Assembly (NCBI GenBank): GCA_007127745.1
Contig: SKYV01000020.1
Coordinates: 62 to 64,061, forward strand
Reading direction: 5' to 3'
DNA from: Balneolaceae bacterium
Lineage (GTDB): Bacteria > Bacteroidota > Rhodothermia > Balneolales > Balneolaceae
Length of the DNA stretch: 64,000 nucleotides
Every line of letters starts with the position of its first letter. Position 1 is the first letter of the stretch. Under the pieces are notes generated by a model. The model was not told the DNA's origin. It did not search any database and was given only the letters and a program-made list of their open reading frames with translations. Both the position numbers and the translations under genes were made by a program. This document shows positions 19,737-29,735 of the stretch, in pieces.

Positions 19737-21353
19737 TTATAACCGGATAATTTTATGATTATCAGGAGTTTCGTTAGCAAACAGTTCCAGGAAACGATCC
19801 CATATTTCCGGGCCGTATTTATTCATAATGTAAATAAATGCTACTTCTCTTTCTTGTAAGTTACGTTCGGGAAATAGGTTGGCTTGAATTTTTCGAATTC
19901 GGTTTAACTGTGTTTTTTCCTGATCTTTTACCGATCTGTACACTTTACCTTTCAATTTGTCGAGCTCGGTAAAAAACGTTGCTTTTGCTTTTTCCGAACT
20001 TTTTTTCAGCGTGGGATCTATTTCGGATATGTCTCGAATCATCGGAGCTGAGAGATTATCCACAGCCTGTCTCCACTGCCCGAAAATTTTCTCGATATCA
20101 GGTGTTTCTGTATGTTCAATAAAAGAGGCTTCCAGATCCTCAATCCGCTGATCGTAATCCGGAATGTTAAAGTGAAGTTTTTCAAATATCCGGTCAATCC
20201 CCGATTCTAACAATGTTGCACTAAATCTGGGAATAATAATCGGCTGTTTAATGCCAAAATTGCGATAAAATTCTTTTGTTTGGGAGTAGTAGGCAATTTC
20301 TCCAGGCCCTGCAATATAAGCTACCGAGGGAACTAAAAAGCTCTGCAACACCGGCCGTAAAAAGACATTGGGTGAAAACCGGTGGGGATTCGACTCTACC
20401 TCCTTCAGAAGAGATTCTTTTGTCCAATCTGCATCACTGCCGTCAGCACTCCATGTTCCATTTTCCTCATTGATTTTCTGACGGTTCCCCTGATCATCAA
20501 TCCAGAAGAGATTGGAAGTTTGCAGGTGCACTTGCTGGTGATACCCCGCATCAACCAGCTCATCAGTTTTTACCGATAATGATTCAAATTGTTGATCTGC
20601 TTTTTTAATTCCGGTTTGAATGTGTTCAGATAAATACTGTTTGGCATTTGGATGATTCGATCCCGCCAGAATCAATCCGTGTTTTCCAAACAGGTGGAGA
20701 ATCCAGTTTCCAAATGCTTCACCAAAAGTAGCATCAGGGTGGTAAAAAGATTCAAGTTCAGCCCAGAGTTGATCAGAAAAATCGGTATCAGGCTGAAATT
20801 GTTTTATATCCTCCAAAAATGAGTGAATGCTATTACCCAGTGGGATCTCAAAAACACGCTTGCCTTTACCTTCCGTATCAAAGTTCAAGGTTTTTAAATT
20901 GTCTCTGTCGGGAATTCCGATGGCAGCGGCTTCGTCATAGTCATGATCTTCATCAGCCATCCAGAAAACGGGAACAACAGGCCTGTTATATTTTTTTTTC
21001 CATTTTTTTGCATAAACAATTGCCGTCAGAATTTTATAAACCGTAAACAGTGGGCCACCAAAAATTGTGAGCTGCTGGCCGGTTACAATTGCAATTGCAT
21101 TTTCTTGCGACAGTTTATCAATCGATTCGAATACAACGTCTCCGCCATCAAACTGTTCATTATACTCTTTCAGAAACTGGACCATGAAGGTCCGGTCTCC
21201 CGGGAATGAATAGGCATCAACCCTATCATCGATTTCTGCATCAGAAAACGGGTTGGTTTCAAAAAAAGAATTTAATGATGAATAATTTGAAATGTAATCG
21301 TTAAAAAGTTTCGTGACCGGCAGGTCAGAAAATGGAATGGAATTTAGGTTCAC
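19737..21353 (-). CDS. bshC: Bacillithiol biosynthesis cysteine-adding enzyme BshC
   Basis: VTGQQL..FGGPL.TVYK, PVFWMADEDHDYDE, SPNVFLRP, YIAGPGEIAY and LQERE. Confidence 0.95.
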   Translation of the reverse strand: MNLNSIPFSDLPVTKLFNDYISNYSSLNSFFETNPFSDAEIDDRVDAYSFPGDRTFMVQFLKEYNEQFDGGDVVFESIDKLSQENAIAIVTGQQLTIFGGPLFTVYKILTAIVYAKKWKKKYNRPVVPVFWMADEDHDYDEAAAIGIPDRDNLKTLNFDTEGKGKRVFEIPLGNSIHSFLEDIKQFQPDTDFSDQLWAELESFYHPDATFGEAFGNWILHLFGKHGLILAGSNHPNAKQYLSEHIQTGIKKADQQFESLSVKTDELVDAGYHQQVHLQTSNLFWIDDQGNRQKINEENGTWSADGSDADWTKESLLKEVESNPHRFSPNVFLRPVLQSFLVPSVAYIAGPGEIAYYSQTKEFYRNFGIKQPIIIPRFSATLLESGIDRIFEKLHFNIPDYDQRIEDLEASFIEHTETPDIEKIFGQWRQAVDNLSAPMIRDISEIDPTLKKSSEKAKATFFTELDKLKGKVYRSVKDQEKTQLNRIRKIQANLFPERNLQEREVAFIYIMNKYGPEIWDRFLELFANETPDNHKIIRL

Positions 21354-21354
21354 G

Positions 21355-21924
21355 TCAGCCTTTTAATTTTTGTATTTGATCGCGAAGTTTTGCCGCTTTT
21401 TCATAATTTTCTGTTTCAATGGCCATTTGAAGATCTTTTTCAAGTGCTTCAAGCTGAGTTAATTCTTTATCTCCCTCATCAAAGTCACTCTCTTGCTCAG
21501 CTTTGCTCATGGTTTCTTCGGCCACAATTCCTGCTTCATCCAGAACTTTTTTATCGGCATAAATCGGGGCTTTAAACCGGATGGCCAGTGCAATTGCGTC
21601 ACTCGGGCGTGCGTCCAGTTCAATATTTTTATTGTCTTTCTGGTAGTGAATTTGGGCGAAAAAAGTCCCCTCATTTAAATCATTAATTACCACTTTTCCA
21701 ATTTTGGAATTAAAACTGACAACAAGATTCTTCAATAAATCGTGGGTCATTGGGCGGGGCGGTTTGATGTTTTCCAGCTCAAGTGCAATAGCTTGTGCTT
21801 CAAATGTACCGATGATAATGGGCAAGCGTCTGTTTCCTTCTGATTCGGATAGAATCAAAGCATATGCCCCGCCACTGCTGGGGCTGGTTGACAGCCCTAA
21901 AATATCCATTTTTATATTTTGCAC
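21355..21924 (-). CDS. Bifunctional nuclease (DUF151) with C-terminal UVR domain
   Basis: RRLPIIIG.FEAQAI, RPMTHDL, DARPSDAIALA and AIETENYEKAAKLRD. Confidence 0.92.
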   Translation of the reverse strand: MQNIKMDILGLSTSPSSGGAYALILSESEGNRRLPIIIGTFEAQAIALELENIKPPRPMTHDLLKNLVVSFNSKIGKVVINDLNEGTFFAQIHYQKDNKNIELDARPSDAIALAIRFKAPIYADKKVLDEAGIVAEETMSKAEQESDFDEGDKELTQLEALEKDLQMAIETENYEKAAKLRDQIQKLKG

Positions 21925-22048
21925 CGTAATCTCCTTTTATTTATCACTAACCTGATGTTCTAAATTTAACTATTTTTCATAAGCTCTTAAACAAACAGTA
22001 AACATAAAGAGTTTATTCATAATCGTAAATGCAGAATAAAATAAAACA

Positions 22049-22483
22049 TTGATAAAATTACCCACAGAATTTACACTCTGGAAAATTGCAGCAGTTGGTT
22101 TTGGTTTGATTACAGGCCTGGCCATTATTGCATTGATGAATCAGATAAATTTTATGTTTTATCCACAACCCGATTCGTTTAACGGAAATAATGAATTTTA
22201 TTACCTTTCACTCGCAGAAGATCCACTGTTTTTGGCCGGTAAAATCATCAGTATATGTACAGGCTCTTTTTTCACAGGGGCACTTTCCGGTTTTGTAAAC
22301 CAATATGTAACAGTAAAGGAGATATTTGCGGCCGGAATTATTTTATTGGCAACAGGTTTTATTGATTTAGGATCTGCACCGTATCCATTTTGGTTTTGGA
22401 CAGCTTCCATAATATCATATATACCTGCTGTTCTGGCAGGTTTTTACTTGACCAGAAAAATTCAAAAACTAAATGAGGTATAA
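22049..22483 (+). CDS. Hypothetical membrane protein (4 TM)
   Basis: Hydrophobic 144-aa ORF with YP.P and PFWFW motifs; TTG start. Confidence 0.7.
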   Translation: MIKLPTEFTLWKIAAVGFGLITGLAIIALMNQINFMFYPQPDSFNGNNEFYYLSLAEDPLFLAGKIISICTGSFFTGALSGFVNQYVTVKEIFAAGIILLATGFIDLGSAPYPFWFWTASIISYIPAVLAGFYLTRKIQKLNEV

Positions 22484-22486
22484 TCA

Positions 22487-22717
22487 TTGCAATTAAAAAT
22501 TGAGGAAAAACGTAACCCGAAAACCGGAAATCCTATGACTGTCATTTCCGGAATTAAACATAATCCCCAGGTTATAGAAAAACTTGAGAGCAAACTGAAA
22601 AGTGCTTGTGGTGCCGGGGGATTTGTAAAAGGTAAAACCATCACTATACAGGGTTCTCATAAACAGAAAGCCAAAAACATGTTGGAAAAAGAAGGATTTG
22701 AAGTAAAAATTGTGTAA
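22487..22717 (+). CDS. SUI1/eIF1-like translation initiation factor (YciH family), minimal
   Basis: TVISG, LKSACGAGG.VKG..I.IQG.H and LEKEGF; TTG start. Confidence 0.88.
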   Translation: MQLKIEEKRNPKTGNPMTVISGIKHNPQVIEKLESKLKSACGAGGFVKGKTITIQGSHKQKAKNMLEKEGFEVKIV

Positions 22718-22923
22718 TCAAAGTTAAATAATTGTTGAATTTATTCATTCAAATTTTGAGGTCTTTCAGAACACCATTCCGATGCAAAATTGTCTTGAAC
22801 AAATTTGAAATAATTTTAATGATCATACACCAATAGTTCTAAAATTGAGACGTTAAACCCGAATATGATGGTAAAATATTTGTTAAAGCAGGAGTGCAAT
22901 AACTTATCAAGAATTTTTTAGCC

Positions 22924-25122
22924 ATGTCTTTTTTTTCGAATATATTCAGAATGATCATTTGTGGAATAGTAATTTTTTTTCTGCTCTCTCATCCTGTCAA
23001 AGCAGAAAAATTTCAACAGGCTGATGATGATTCACTAAAAGTCGGACTTGTCTTGTCCGGTGGGGCTGCACTCGGAATTGCCCATATCGGTGTTATTCAA
23101 GCGATTGAAGAGGCAGGTTTACGAATTGATTACATTACCGGCACAAGTATGGGGAGCCTGATTGGCGGATTATATGCAATCGGTTATACAACTGACCAAT
23201 TGGTAGAAATTGCCACATCAAATAACTTTACGGAACTTTTTACAGAAAGGCGTAACCGGCGGCATATCACCAATTACGAGAAATTGATTGAGGACCGAAC
23301 GATCGCTTCATTTCCGATCAGTGAACGAAGAATTGATCTTCCGGCAGGAATTATTACAGGGCAAAATATATATACATTTTTATCCAGGCTTACATGGAAC
23401 GTGCACGGCACCGAAGATTTTTCACTTTTCCCCATCCCGTTTGCGGCAATCGGCACCGATCTGGAAACCGGAGAAGCTCATGTATTTCGTTCTGGATATT
23501 TACCTGATGCTTTGCGAGCCAGTATTTCGATCCCTTCACTATTCACCCCACATGAATTTGATGGCCATGTTTATATCGACGGCGGCCTCATTCGAAATAT
23601 TCCGGTGGAAGATGCCATCGATTTAGGTGCCAATTATACCATTGCAGTTGATGTAGCCCGACCCTTGCAGCCACGCGACAGCCTGCGTACGTTTGCTGAA
23701 ATTTTAAATCAGAGTGTTTTTTTCCGGGTTCACGATTTTTCAGATGATCAGAAAGAATTGGCAGATTACGTGATTGATGTGGAAGAAATACACGCCTACT
23801 CTCCTGCCGAATTCGGCCTTGCCGAAAAATTTATTGAGATCGGATATCGCGAAGGCCAACGGCATATCGAAAAGTTTAAAGAACTTGCTGCAAAACAATC
23901 CGTTGCACCCCCTCCTCGCCCCGGTGTAGGAGATCCCGGAGCGCTTCCAATCAGTGATATTATTATTGAGGGCAATACTATTTATGAGGATGAATATATA
24001 CTCAGGCTGCTGGAATTTACTCCGGGAACCAGTCTGAATCCGGATATTATTGAGGAAAAAGTAACCCGGCTTTACAGTTCGCAATACATCGAAAAAGTAA
24101 CCTATCAAGTTCATCCCAATGATGATTATTACTATACTCTTCAAATTAAAATTGATGAAAATATAAAAGACGAACTTCGGGTTGGGCTTCGGTACGAATC
24201 GAACACACAGGCCTCTATTTTGCTGGAAAGCTCGTTTCAAAATCTGTTGCATCGGGGTTCCATCAACCGATTCGAGGCGCGGCTCGGAAACACAATGAAT
24301 TTTAAGCTCGATCACGCTTACTACGGTGCATTGGGATCTCAGCTTGCACTGCTTACATCCATGGAATATATCTCTGAAGATGTGGATTGGTTTGCAGAGG
24401 GCGAAAGAGTTTCCCGATTTAAAAATGAAGTTATTCGTGGCGAACTGTCGGGCGCCAACTATTTCAGTACTCAAAATCTGATTGCCGCCGGAATTCGAAA
24501 AGATTTTACCTTTCATACCGACAAAATAAATCCAGATGGAATTATAGCATCCAATACGGATTATCACGCTTTATTTTTCCGGCTGATGCGGGATAACTTC
24601 AACCGAAGGTCTTTCCCAACTTCTGGAGAAAAGCTGATTTTGGAAGGGTATTTAAGTGATGAGATATTTTTGAGTCCGATCAACTTCTTTTCTGCAAAAA
24701 TGTACTATCAGGGAATGTACAGAGTTGCGGATTTTCTCTCATTATCGAATAGTTTTTGGTTTGGATACACATCAGGAAACGAGCTGCCTTGGCATTACTG
24801 GCACTCTCCAAACCGATATGATCCGCTTTATGGTCTGATCAGATTCAGTGGTGCAAGCCGATACGAACTATCATCCAGAAACATACAAATGGCATCGGCC
24901 GGACTGCAGTTTGAACCCTTTTATCACCGTTTTATTGGTGTTGATGTTTATGCCGGAAGGTTTTTAAACGATTGGGGCCTGGATTTATCTCAAAATGATA
25001 TCGAGTATGGCGCATCACTAACGGTGGGCGCACAAACGATTCTGGGGCCTCTTAAAGCTATATTTTCACACAGTACACTCACAAATTTTAAAGCAGAATT
25101 ACAAATAGGGTATCAGTTTTGA
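22924..25122 (+). CDS. Patatin-like phospholipase with POTRA and beta-barrel (PlpD-like)
   Basis: LSGGAALGIAHIG, GTSMG and DGG catalytic motifs; POTRA-like IIIEGN; C-terminal IGYQF. Confidence 0.92.
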   Translation: MSFFSNIFRMIICGIVIFFLLSHPVKAEKFQQADDDSLKVGLVLSGGAALGIAHIGVIQAIEEAGLRIDYITGTSMGSLIGGLYAIGYTTDQLVEIATSNNFTELFTERRNRRHITNYEKLIEDRTIASFPISERRIDLPAGIITGQNIYTFLSRLTWNVHGTEDFSLFPIPFAAIGTDLETGEAHVFRSGYLPDALRASISIPSLFTPHEFDGHVYIDGGLIRNIPVEDAIDLGANYTIAVDVARPLQPRDSLRTFAEILNQSVFFRVHDFSDDQKELADYVIDVEEIHAYSPAEFGLAEKFIEIGYREGQRHIEKFKELAAKQSVAPPPRPGVGDPGALPISDIIIEGNTIYEDEYILRLLEFTPGTSLNPDIIEEKVTRLYSSQYIEKVTYQVHPNDDYYYTLQIKIDENIKDELRVGLRYESNTQASILLESSFQNLLHRGSINRFEARLGNTMNFKLDHAYYGALGSQLALLTSMEYISEDVDWFAEGERVSRFKNEVIRGELSGANYFSTQNLIAAGIRKDFTFHTDKINPDGIIASNTDYHALFFRLMRDNFNRRSFPTSGEKLILEGYLSDEIFLSPINFFSAKMYYQGMYRVADFLSLSNSFWFGYTSGNELPWHYWHSPNRYDPLYGLIRFSGASRYELSSRNIQMASAGLQFEPFYHRFIGVDVYAGRFLNDWGLDLSQNDIEYGASLTVGAQTILGPLKAIFSHSTLTNFKAELQIGYQF

Positions 25123-25745
25123 ACAGTGAAACCATCCTTCGCCAAATTGATGAAATAAAAGACCAACTGCGGCAAAATTCCGGCAATCCAGAACTGTATA
25201 ATGATCTTGGTGTTGGATATTATCTGCTTGGTAAAATGGAAGAAGCGATAAAAGAATTGAATAAAGCCGTTTCTCTCGATCCGGAAAATACCAGCTTTAA
25301 ATTTAACCTCGCCAATACGTACGCCGAGGCTGAAATGTTTGATCCTGCCAAGTCTCTCTTTCACGATGTAATTGATAAAAAACCGGATCACATTCCATCA
25401 TTCAATAATTTGGCGGACTGTTACGAGGCTACCGGTGATGATGACAAAGCACTGGATTTGTTTGAATATATCACAAAAATTGCACCCCATAATGCCTTGG
25501 CCCATTTTAATCTTGGGAATTTTCATCTTCGGAAAAACCGCCATATACAGGCTGCAAAATGTTATGAAAAAGCGATTGAAATAGAAGACTCCTTCACTGA
25601 TGCCTACTATAATCTTTCCTGGATATTAAAACAGGTGAAAGCCCGGGATGAAGCTCTTGCATTTGCTGAACGCGGACTCCAAACCGATCCTGAACATGAA
25701 GATTTAAAACAGCTCGCCTCTCAAATCAGAGATGAGATGCGGTAA
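25119..25745 (+). CDS. Tetratricopeptide repeat protein
   Basis: About five TPR repeats (YNDLGVGY, FNLANTY, FNNLADCY, HFNLGNFH, YYNLSWIL). Confidence 0.88.
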   Translation: MNSETILRQIDEIKDQLRQNSGNPELYNDLGVGYYLLGKMEEAIKELNKAVSLDPENTSFKFNLANTYAEAEMFDPAKSLFHDVIDKKPDHIPSFNNLADCYEATGDDDKALDLFEYITKIAPHNALAHFNLGNFHLRKNRHIQAAKCYEKAIEIEDSFTDAYYNLSWILKQVKARDEALAFAERGLQTDPEHEDLKQLASQIRDEMR

Positions 25746-25994
25746 ACGGATTTTTCCGCTTTTTCGCAACCAGGCCTGATTAATCCGGTTGATATCATCG
25801 TGTAATTCAAGTGCAAATCTTGCGGCCATCTTTTTATCAAAATCAGGGCTGGCTTTTACCTTTGGAATATTTTCCAGCCTCTCAGAGAGTTGTTCTGCTT
25901 GTGTTTTCCTGGACTTTTGAATAGAAGAAACCGCAGCCTTGCAAGCATCACAGTTGCACCGGCTGCGGTTTTGGTGAACATTTTCGGGGGTCAT
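25704..25994 (-). CDS. Small Cys-containing protein, putative soluble anti-sigma factor
   Basis: Directly downstream of and co-oriented with the ECF sigma gene; carries H..CNCDAC and LENIPKVKASPDFDKKM. Confidence 0.5.
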   Translation of the reverse strand: MTPENVHQNRSRCNCDACKAAVSSIQKSRKTQAEQLSERLENIPKVKASPDFDKKMAARFALELHDDINRINQAWLRKSGKIRLPHLISDLRGELF

Positions 25995-26041
25995 GAAGCA
26001 TAAATTTCATTGTAGGTTCAGAAATTCATACTTCGTTTCAT

Positions 26042-26650
26042 TCAGAATGTTTCCGAGTTAACATAATCACCAATTATTTCCTGAAGCTGAATGCGTGCCC
26101 GATTAATTCTGGATTTGACAGTTCCCATGGCTGTACCGGTAATTTCAGCAATTTCCTCGTAGGTAAGCTGCTGAATATCTCTGAGAACAATCACTTCTCT
26201 GAAGTCATCATTTAATTGCATTAATGCTTTTTCGAGCTCCTGGACAGAATTTTTTTGATGCAGTTCTTCATCCTGAAGTATAACTGTATCAGTTATTTCA
26301 AATTCTCTGTCATCCGGGTCAGACTCATCTGCATGTATGGAAATCAAGCTCATGCGTTGTTTTTTCTTGTACATGCTTTTAGCCAGGTTCAGCGCAATGG
26401 TATAAATCCAGGTAGAGAGTTTTGCAATCCGCTGATAGGAGTATCGGCTTCGGTAAACTCTTAAAAATGTTTCCTGCACCAAATCTTCACAATCTTCGTG
26501 GTTGTGTGTGTAGCGGTACAAAAAGTTGTGAAGCCTGTCTTTAAATCGGTGAACGATGACATCAAATGCCTGAACCACTCCGTCTTGAAGTTGTTCCATT
26601 ACATCTTCGTCCGACATCTTGTGAAGTCTGTTAACTGCTGACCGTTCCAT
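26042..26650 (-). CDS. ECF RNA polymerase sigma-70 factor (RpoE/SigW-like)
   Basis: EDLVQETFLRVY, LSTWIYTIALN and LRDIQQLTYEEIAEITG...GTVKSRINRAR. Confidence 0.95.
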   Translation of the reverse strand: MERSAVNRLHKMSDEDVMEQLQDGVVQAFDVIVHRFKDRLHNFLYRYTHNHEDCEDLVQETFLRVYRSRYSYQRIAKLSTWIYTIALNLAKSMYKKKQRMSLISIHADESDPDDREFEITDTVILQDEELHQKNSVQELEKALMQLNDDFREVIVLRDIQQLTYEEIAEITGTAMGTVKSRINRARIQLQEIIGDYVNSETF

Positions 26651-26703
26651 GATAACCCCTCATTATTCTAAGTTGCTGTTACCGCAACGTCGAATAAAAT
26701 GGG

Positions 26704-27777
26704 CTATCCGACGATGCGCTTAACCATCAGGAGAAATATGGATGGGGTATCTAATGTGCTGAAACCTTTCACTGCCCGGTCGGCATCGAGTAAGGCTTCA
26801 AAAATATGCGGCATTTCTGCAAGACTGAAGTTGGATGCTTCGCGATACTGAAGATTAAATATGTATGAATTTTTAATCCCCAACTCTTTCTGGATCTGAT
26901 CCTTCGCCAAGCCTTTATCGGCCAATCTGCATATTTGCCAGATATTGCTGAACACACTGTAAAAGAACCCCACGGTTTTAAAAATTTCCCCCGTGTTGTT
27001 ATTATTTTGAAGCAACATCTGTTCCGCAATATGCAGGCTTTTGTCCAGATCTCTGTTTATAACCGCATTTTTAAGCTCTATGGTGTTATAATCGCGATAT
27101 GATTCGGTAATTTTTTTAACATGCTCTACTTCTATGGTTGTATCAGTGTCCACAAAAGTGCACAGTTTTTCTATTTCAGTGGACAGTAATTTTAAATCCT
27201 GCCCCACAAGCTGACTTAAAACCTGGGCGGCTTCGGCGCTAATGGTCATTTTGTGAGCATGGCTGGTCCAATCGGTAATCCATGAAGGAAGCTGGTTTTC
27301 ATCGGGTTTTGAAAATTCATAATGAGCGATTTCATCCCGGCTTTTTGAAATTTTATTGAGCTCTTTCCCAAGCCCTGTCCGTTTATCAGGAAACTTTTTA
27401 TCGATCAGGCAGAGAATCGTTGCCGGGTTGGGTTGTTTTATATACTCCACAAGTTCTCCGGTACCATTGCCCTGTTTGGGTGGTTCATCCAGTTTCATAA
27501 ACTCTCTGACGATGACCACCCGTTTTTCTGCCATCATTGGGTAACTACGCGCAGCACTAAGAATTTTTTCGGGAGTGGTTTCGGCCCCGTACATCAAATC
27601 GAAGTTGAAATCCTTCTGATCGTTCGGGATCAGTTTTTCAATTTCATCCTGTATCAGATCAATTAAAAAAGATTCTTCTCCGTAGAGATAATAGATCCAT
27701 TTGAGATTTTCCTGTTTTCTCAGGTTCCGGAATAGATTTCGAAATGTTTGTAAGCTGTTTTCTTTTTTTCTGGCCAA
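26704..27777 (-). CDS. holA: DNA polymerase III subunit delta
   Basis: YYLYGEESFLID, FNFDLMYG, SYPMMAEKRVVIV, EIEKL and LLDAD..VKG; TTG start. Confidence 0.92.
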   Translation of the reverse strand: MARKKENSLQTFRNLFRNLRKQENLKWIYYLYGEESFLIDLIQDEIEKLIPNDQKDFNFDLMYGAETTPEKILSAARSYPMMAEKRVVIVREFMKLDEPPKQGNGTGELVEYIKQPNPATILCLIDKKFPDKRTGLGKELNKISKSRDEIAHYEFSKPDENQLPSWITDWTSHAHKMTISAEAAQVLSQLVGQDLKLLSTEIEKLCTFVDTDTTIEVEHVKKITESYRDYNTIELKNAVINRDLDKSLHIAEQMLLQNNNNTGEIFKTVGFFYSVFSNIWQICRLADKGLAKDQIQKELGIKNSYIFNLQYREASNFSLAEMPHIFEALLDADRAVKGFSTLDTPSIFLLMVKRIVG

Positions 27778-27804
27778 CCGGTTCAGGGTTTATCGTGAAA
27801 CTTT

Positions 27805-28575
27805 CTATTCATCAATTCCCATTGCATACTGAATACCTCCGAGCAGGTGCTGCAGAAATTCAGGCTCAGAAAACGATTCGATGGTGTGTCCCGAGGCAGT
27901 ATAAAAAGACCGGCCGCCATCATACTCATGATACCACGCTATTGGGTGATTGCCCGGATGGTCGCTGCCCTCGTAACTGTCGGTGTCGAGTTTCATTAAT
28001 ACATTCGTCTCATCGTAAATAAATCCGAAATTGTACCATTCATCGGTTCTATCCCATCTCTCAGACAGATGAGCTGTTGAAGGATGATCATGATCAACAA
28101 CATCTATGACGGCAGGTATAACTCCGGGAGGATGGTTATCGAAATAGGCGCCTACCAGTTCGCCGTACCAGGGCCAGTCGTACTCAGTATCTGTCGCAGA
28201 ATGTACTCCCACAAATCCTCCGCCATTTTGAATATATCCTTTAAATGCACTTCGCTGATCATCATTTTCAAACACATCAAGAGTTGTGTTTAGAAAAATA
28301 ATGGCATCGTAACTTGCAAGATTTTCCGGAGTGAAATAGCCTGAATTTTCAGTCCAGGTAACAGAGAATCTGTTCTCACTGCCAAGATCTTTCACAGCTT
28401 TGGCACCGGTTTCAATGGAATCGTGCCTGAAACCCGCTGTCTTGGAAAAAATGAGTACAGAATGCTCAGCATCATCATATACGGTATATTCATGGATAGT
28501 GTCTGATTCTTCTCCACAGGCAGTTGTTGCACAAAAAAGCAGGGATAGCAGCGTAACGAAAATCAATCGGATCAT
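27805..28575 (-). CDS. ThuA domain lipoprotein
   Basis: Lipobox-like TTAC, FSKTAGFRHDSI, GGGFVGVHSATDTEYDW, DEWYNF and GGRSFYT..GH. Confidence 0.9.
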   Translation of the reverse strand: MIRLIFVTLLSLLFCATTACGEESDTIHEYTVYDDAEHSVLIFSKTAGFRHDSIETGAKAVKDLGSENRFSVTWTENSGYFTPENLASYDAIIFLNTTLDVFENDDQRSAFKGYIQNGGGFVGVHSATDTEYDWPWYGELVGAYFDNHPPGVIPAVIDVVDHDHPSTAHLSERWDRTDEWYNFGFIYDETNVLMKLDTDSYEGSDHPGNHPIAWYHEYDGGRSFYTASGHTIESFSEPEFLQHLLGGIQYAMGIDE

Positions 28576-28658
28576 AACTGTAGAATTTTTTTGAAGGTTG
28601 ATAAATTAAAATAACAAAAAAAGAGTGAGATTGTGCATCAGATTACATCAAACCAGTC

Positions 28659-29735
28659 TCATTTATCAACTTGCTTCTGCAACCATTGTATCGTATCTAT
28701 GCCATCAGGTTTCCACCAAATCGGAGGGTTTTGGGCTTCCTCTAAAGGTTCTGAAATATATCCTCTAAAATCTTCACCAACCAGTTCGCCCGTTGTATAG
28801 ACAGACTGTAACCCATCACGATACCGTTTTATGATTTCTTCAAGTTCTTTGGCACCTCCCTTCACCCAGTATAGAATAAAATGATCGATGGGTTTCTCCA
28901 CATTCTCCTCAATCAGAAAATCGTTGAGCCAGGCCTGTTCGATTCCAACTCCCTTATTATAGGCAAATCGATGAAATAGTGAATCTGAGGGTTTTTGATG
29001 CTGGGGATTTTTCATCCAAAAAGCTTCTACATAATCCGTAAACGAACATTTTTGTGAATTCAGAAAAAAGGGCGCCACAACAACCGCTACCGAACGGCAA
29101 CCTGTACCTCCATATCGAAAAACAGCTTCCGTCAGATTTTCCATTGTTTCCGGTTGATTATCTCGTATATATGCAATAGAAAAGTGGGCTGTCCGCATCA
29201 ATCGAGGCGTGGACGAACCGGCCAGATTTAGTGAATGGAGCTTTTCATTTACTTTTTCTGCAGATTGTTTTGAGCCGGCAAACAACACTGCGTCAGATTT
29301 AAATCCACTCAAACTTTCCAATTTAGTACTCCAATCTGCATTTTCGATCAAATCATACTTGTATAGTGATTTGATGAGTGTTGGTAACAGGTACGGATCT
29401 TTTCTCGACATTTTTCCCGAATAAGTGCCACCGGTCAGCAAAACAGCCAGCAGATCCTGAATGCCCACAAGAGGCAGATTTCCGGCATGCAGACAGAGCA
29501 CCCGCTTCCCATTCATACTCCCCGGTATTAATCCTGAAATACGCGCCCACCTTTCCAGATGGTTCTTTCTTAAAGATTTTTTCAAAGTAAGAATGCGATG
29601 TTTCAAATCCGGAAAGCTGAACAGTCCCTCGTTAACTGTTCTGTCGATGGCCTCTTTGAGAAGGTAATTATCCGGCCTCAGCCAATGTTCAATAGCATCT
29701 GAAACCCGTTTGATATGATTTTCAAGACTGACCAT
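28659..29735 (-). CDS. LuxC-like acyl-CoA/acyl-protein reductase
   Basis: HAGNLPLVG, K.SRKD..L, VLFAGS and GTGCRSV (catalytic Cys). Shorter than canonical LuxC. Confidence 0.78.
   Translation of the reverse strand: MVSLENHIKRVSDAIEHWLRPDNYLLKEAIDRTVNEGLFSFPDLKHRILTLKKSLRKNHLERWARISGLIPGSMNGKRVLCLHAGNLPLVGIQDLLAVLLTGGTYSGKMSRKDPYLLPTLIKSLYKYDLIENADWSTKLESLSGFKSDAVLFAGSKQSAEKVNEKLHSLNLAGSSTPRLMRTAHFSIAYIRDNQPETMENLTEAVFRYGGTGCRSVAVVVAPFFLNSQKCSFTDYVEAFWMKNPQHQKPSDSLFHRFAYNKGVGIEQAWLNDFLIEENVEKPIDHFILYWVKGGAKELEEIIKRYRDGLQSVYTTGELVGEDFRGYISEPLEEAQNPPIWWKPDGIDTIQWLQKQVDK

Noticed and set aside
22049-22717. Read-through fusion of the membrane protein with SUI1 (same frame, single stop)
   Set aside because: The stop is TAA, a poor read-through codon, with no recoding signal; separate translation is simpler.
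23740-24567. 275-aa minus-strand ORF
   Set aside because: Entirely antisense to the patatin/PlpD gene with no recognisable motifs; a shadow ORF.
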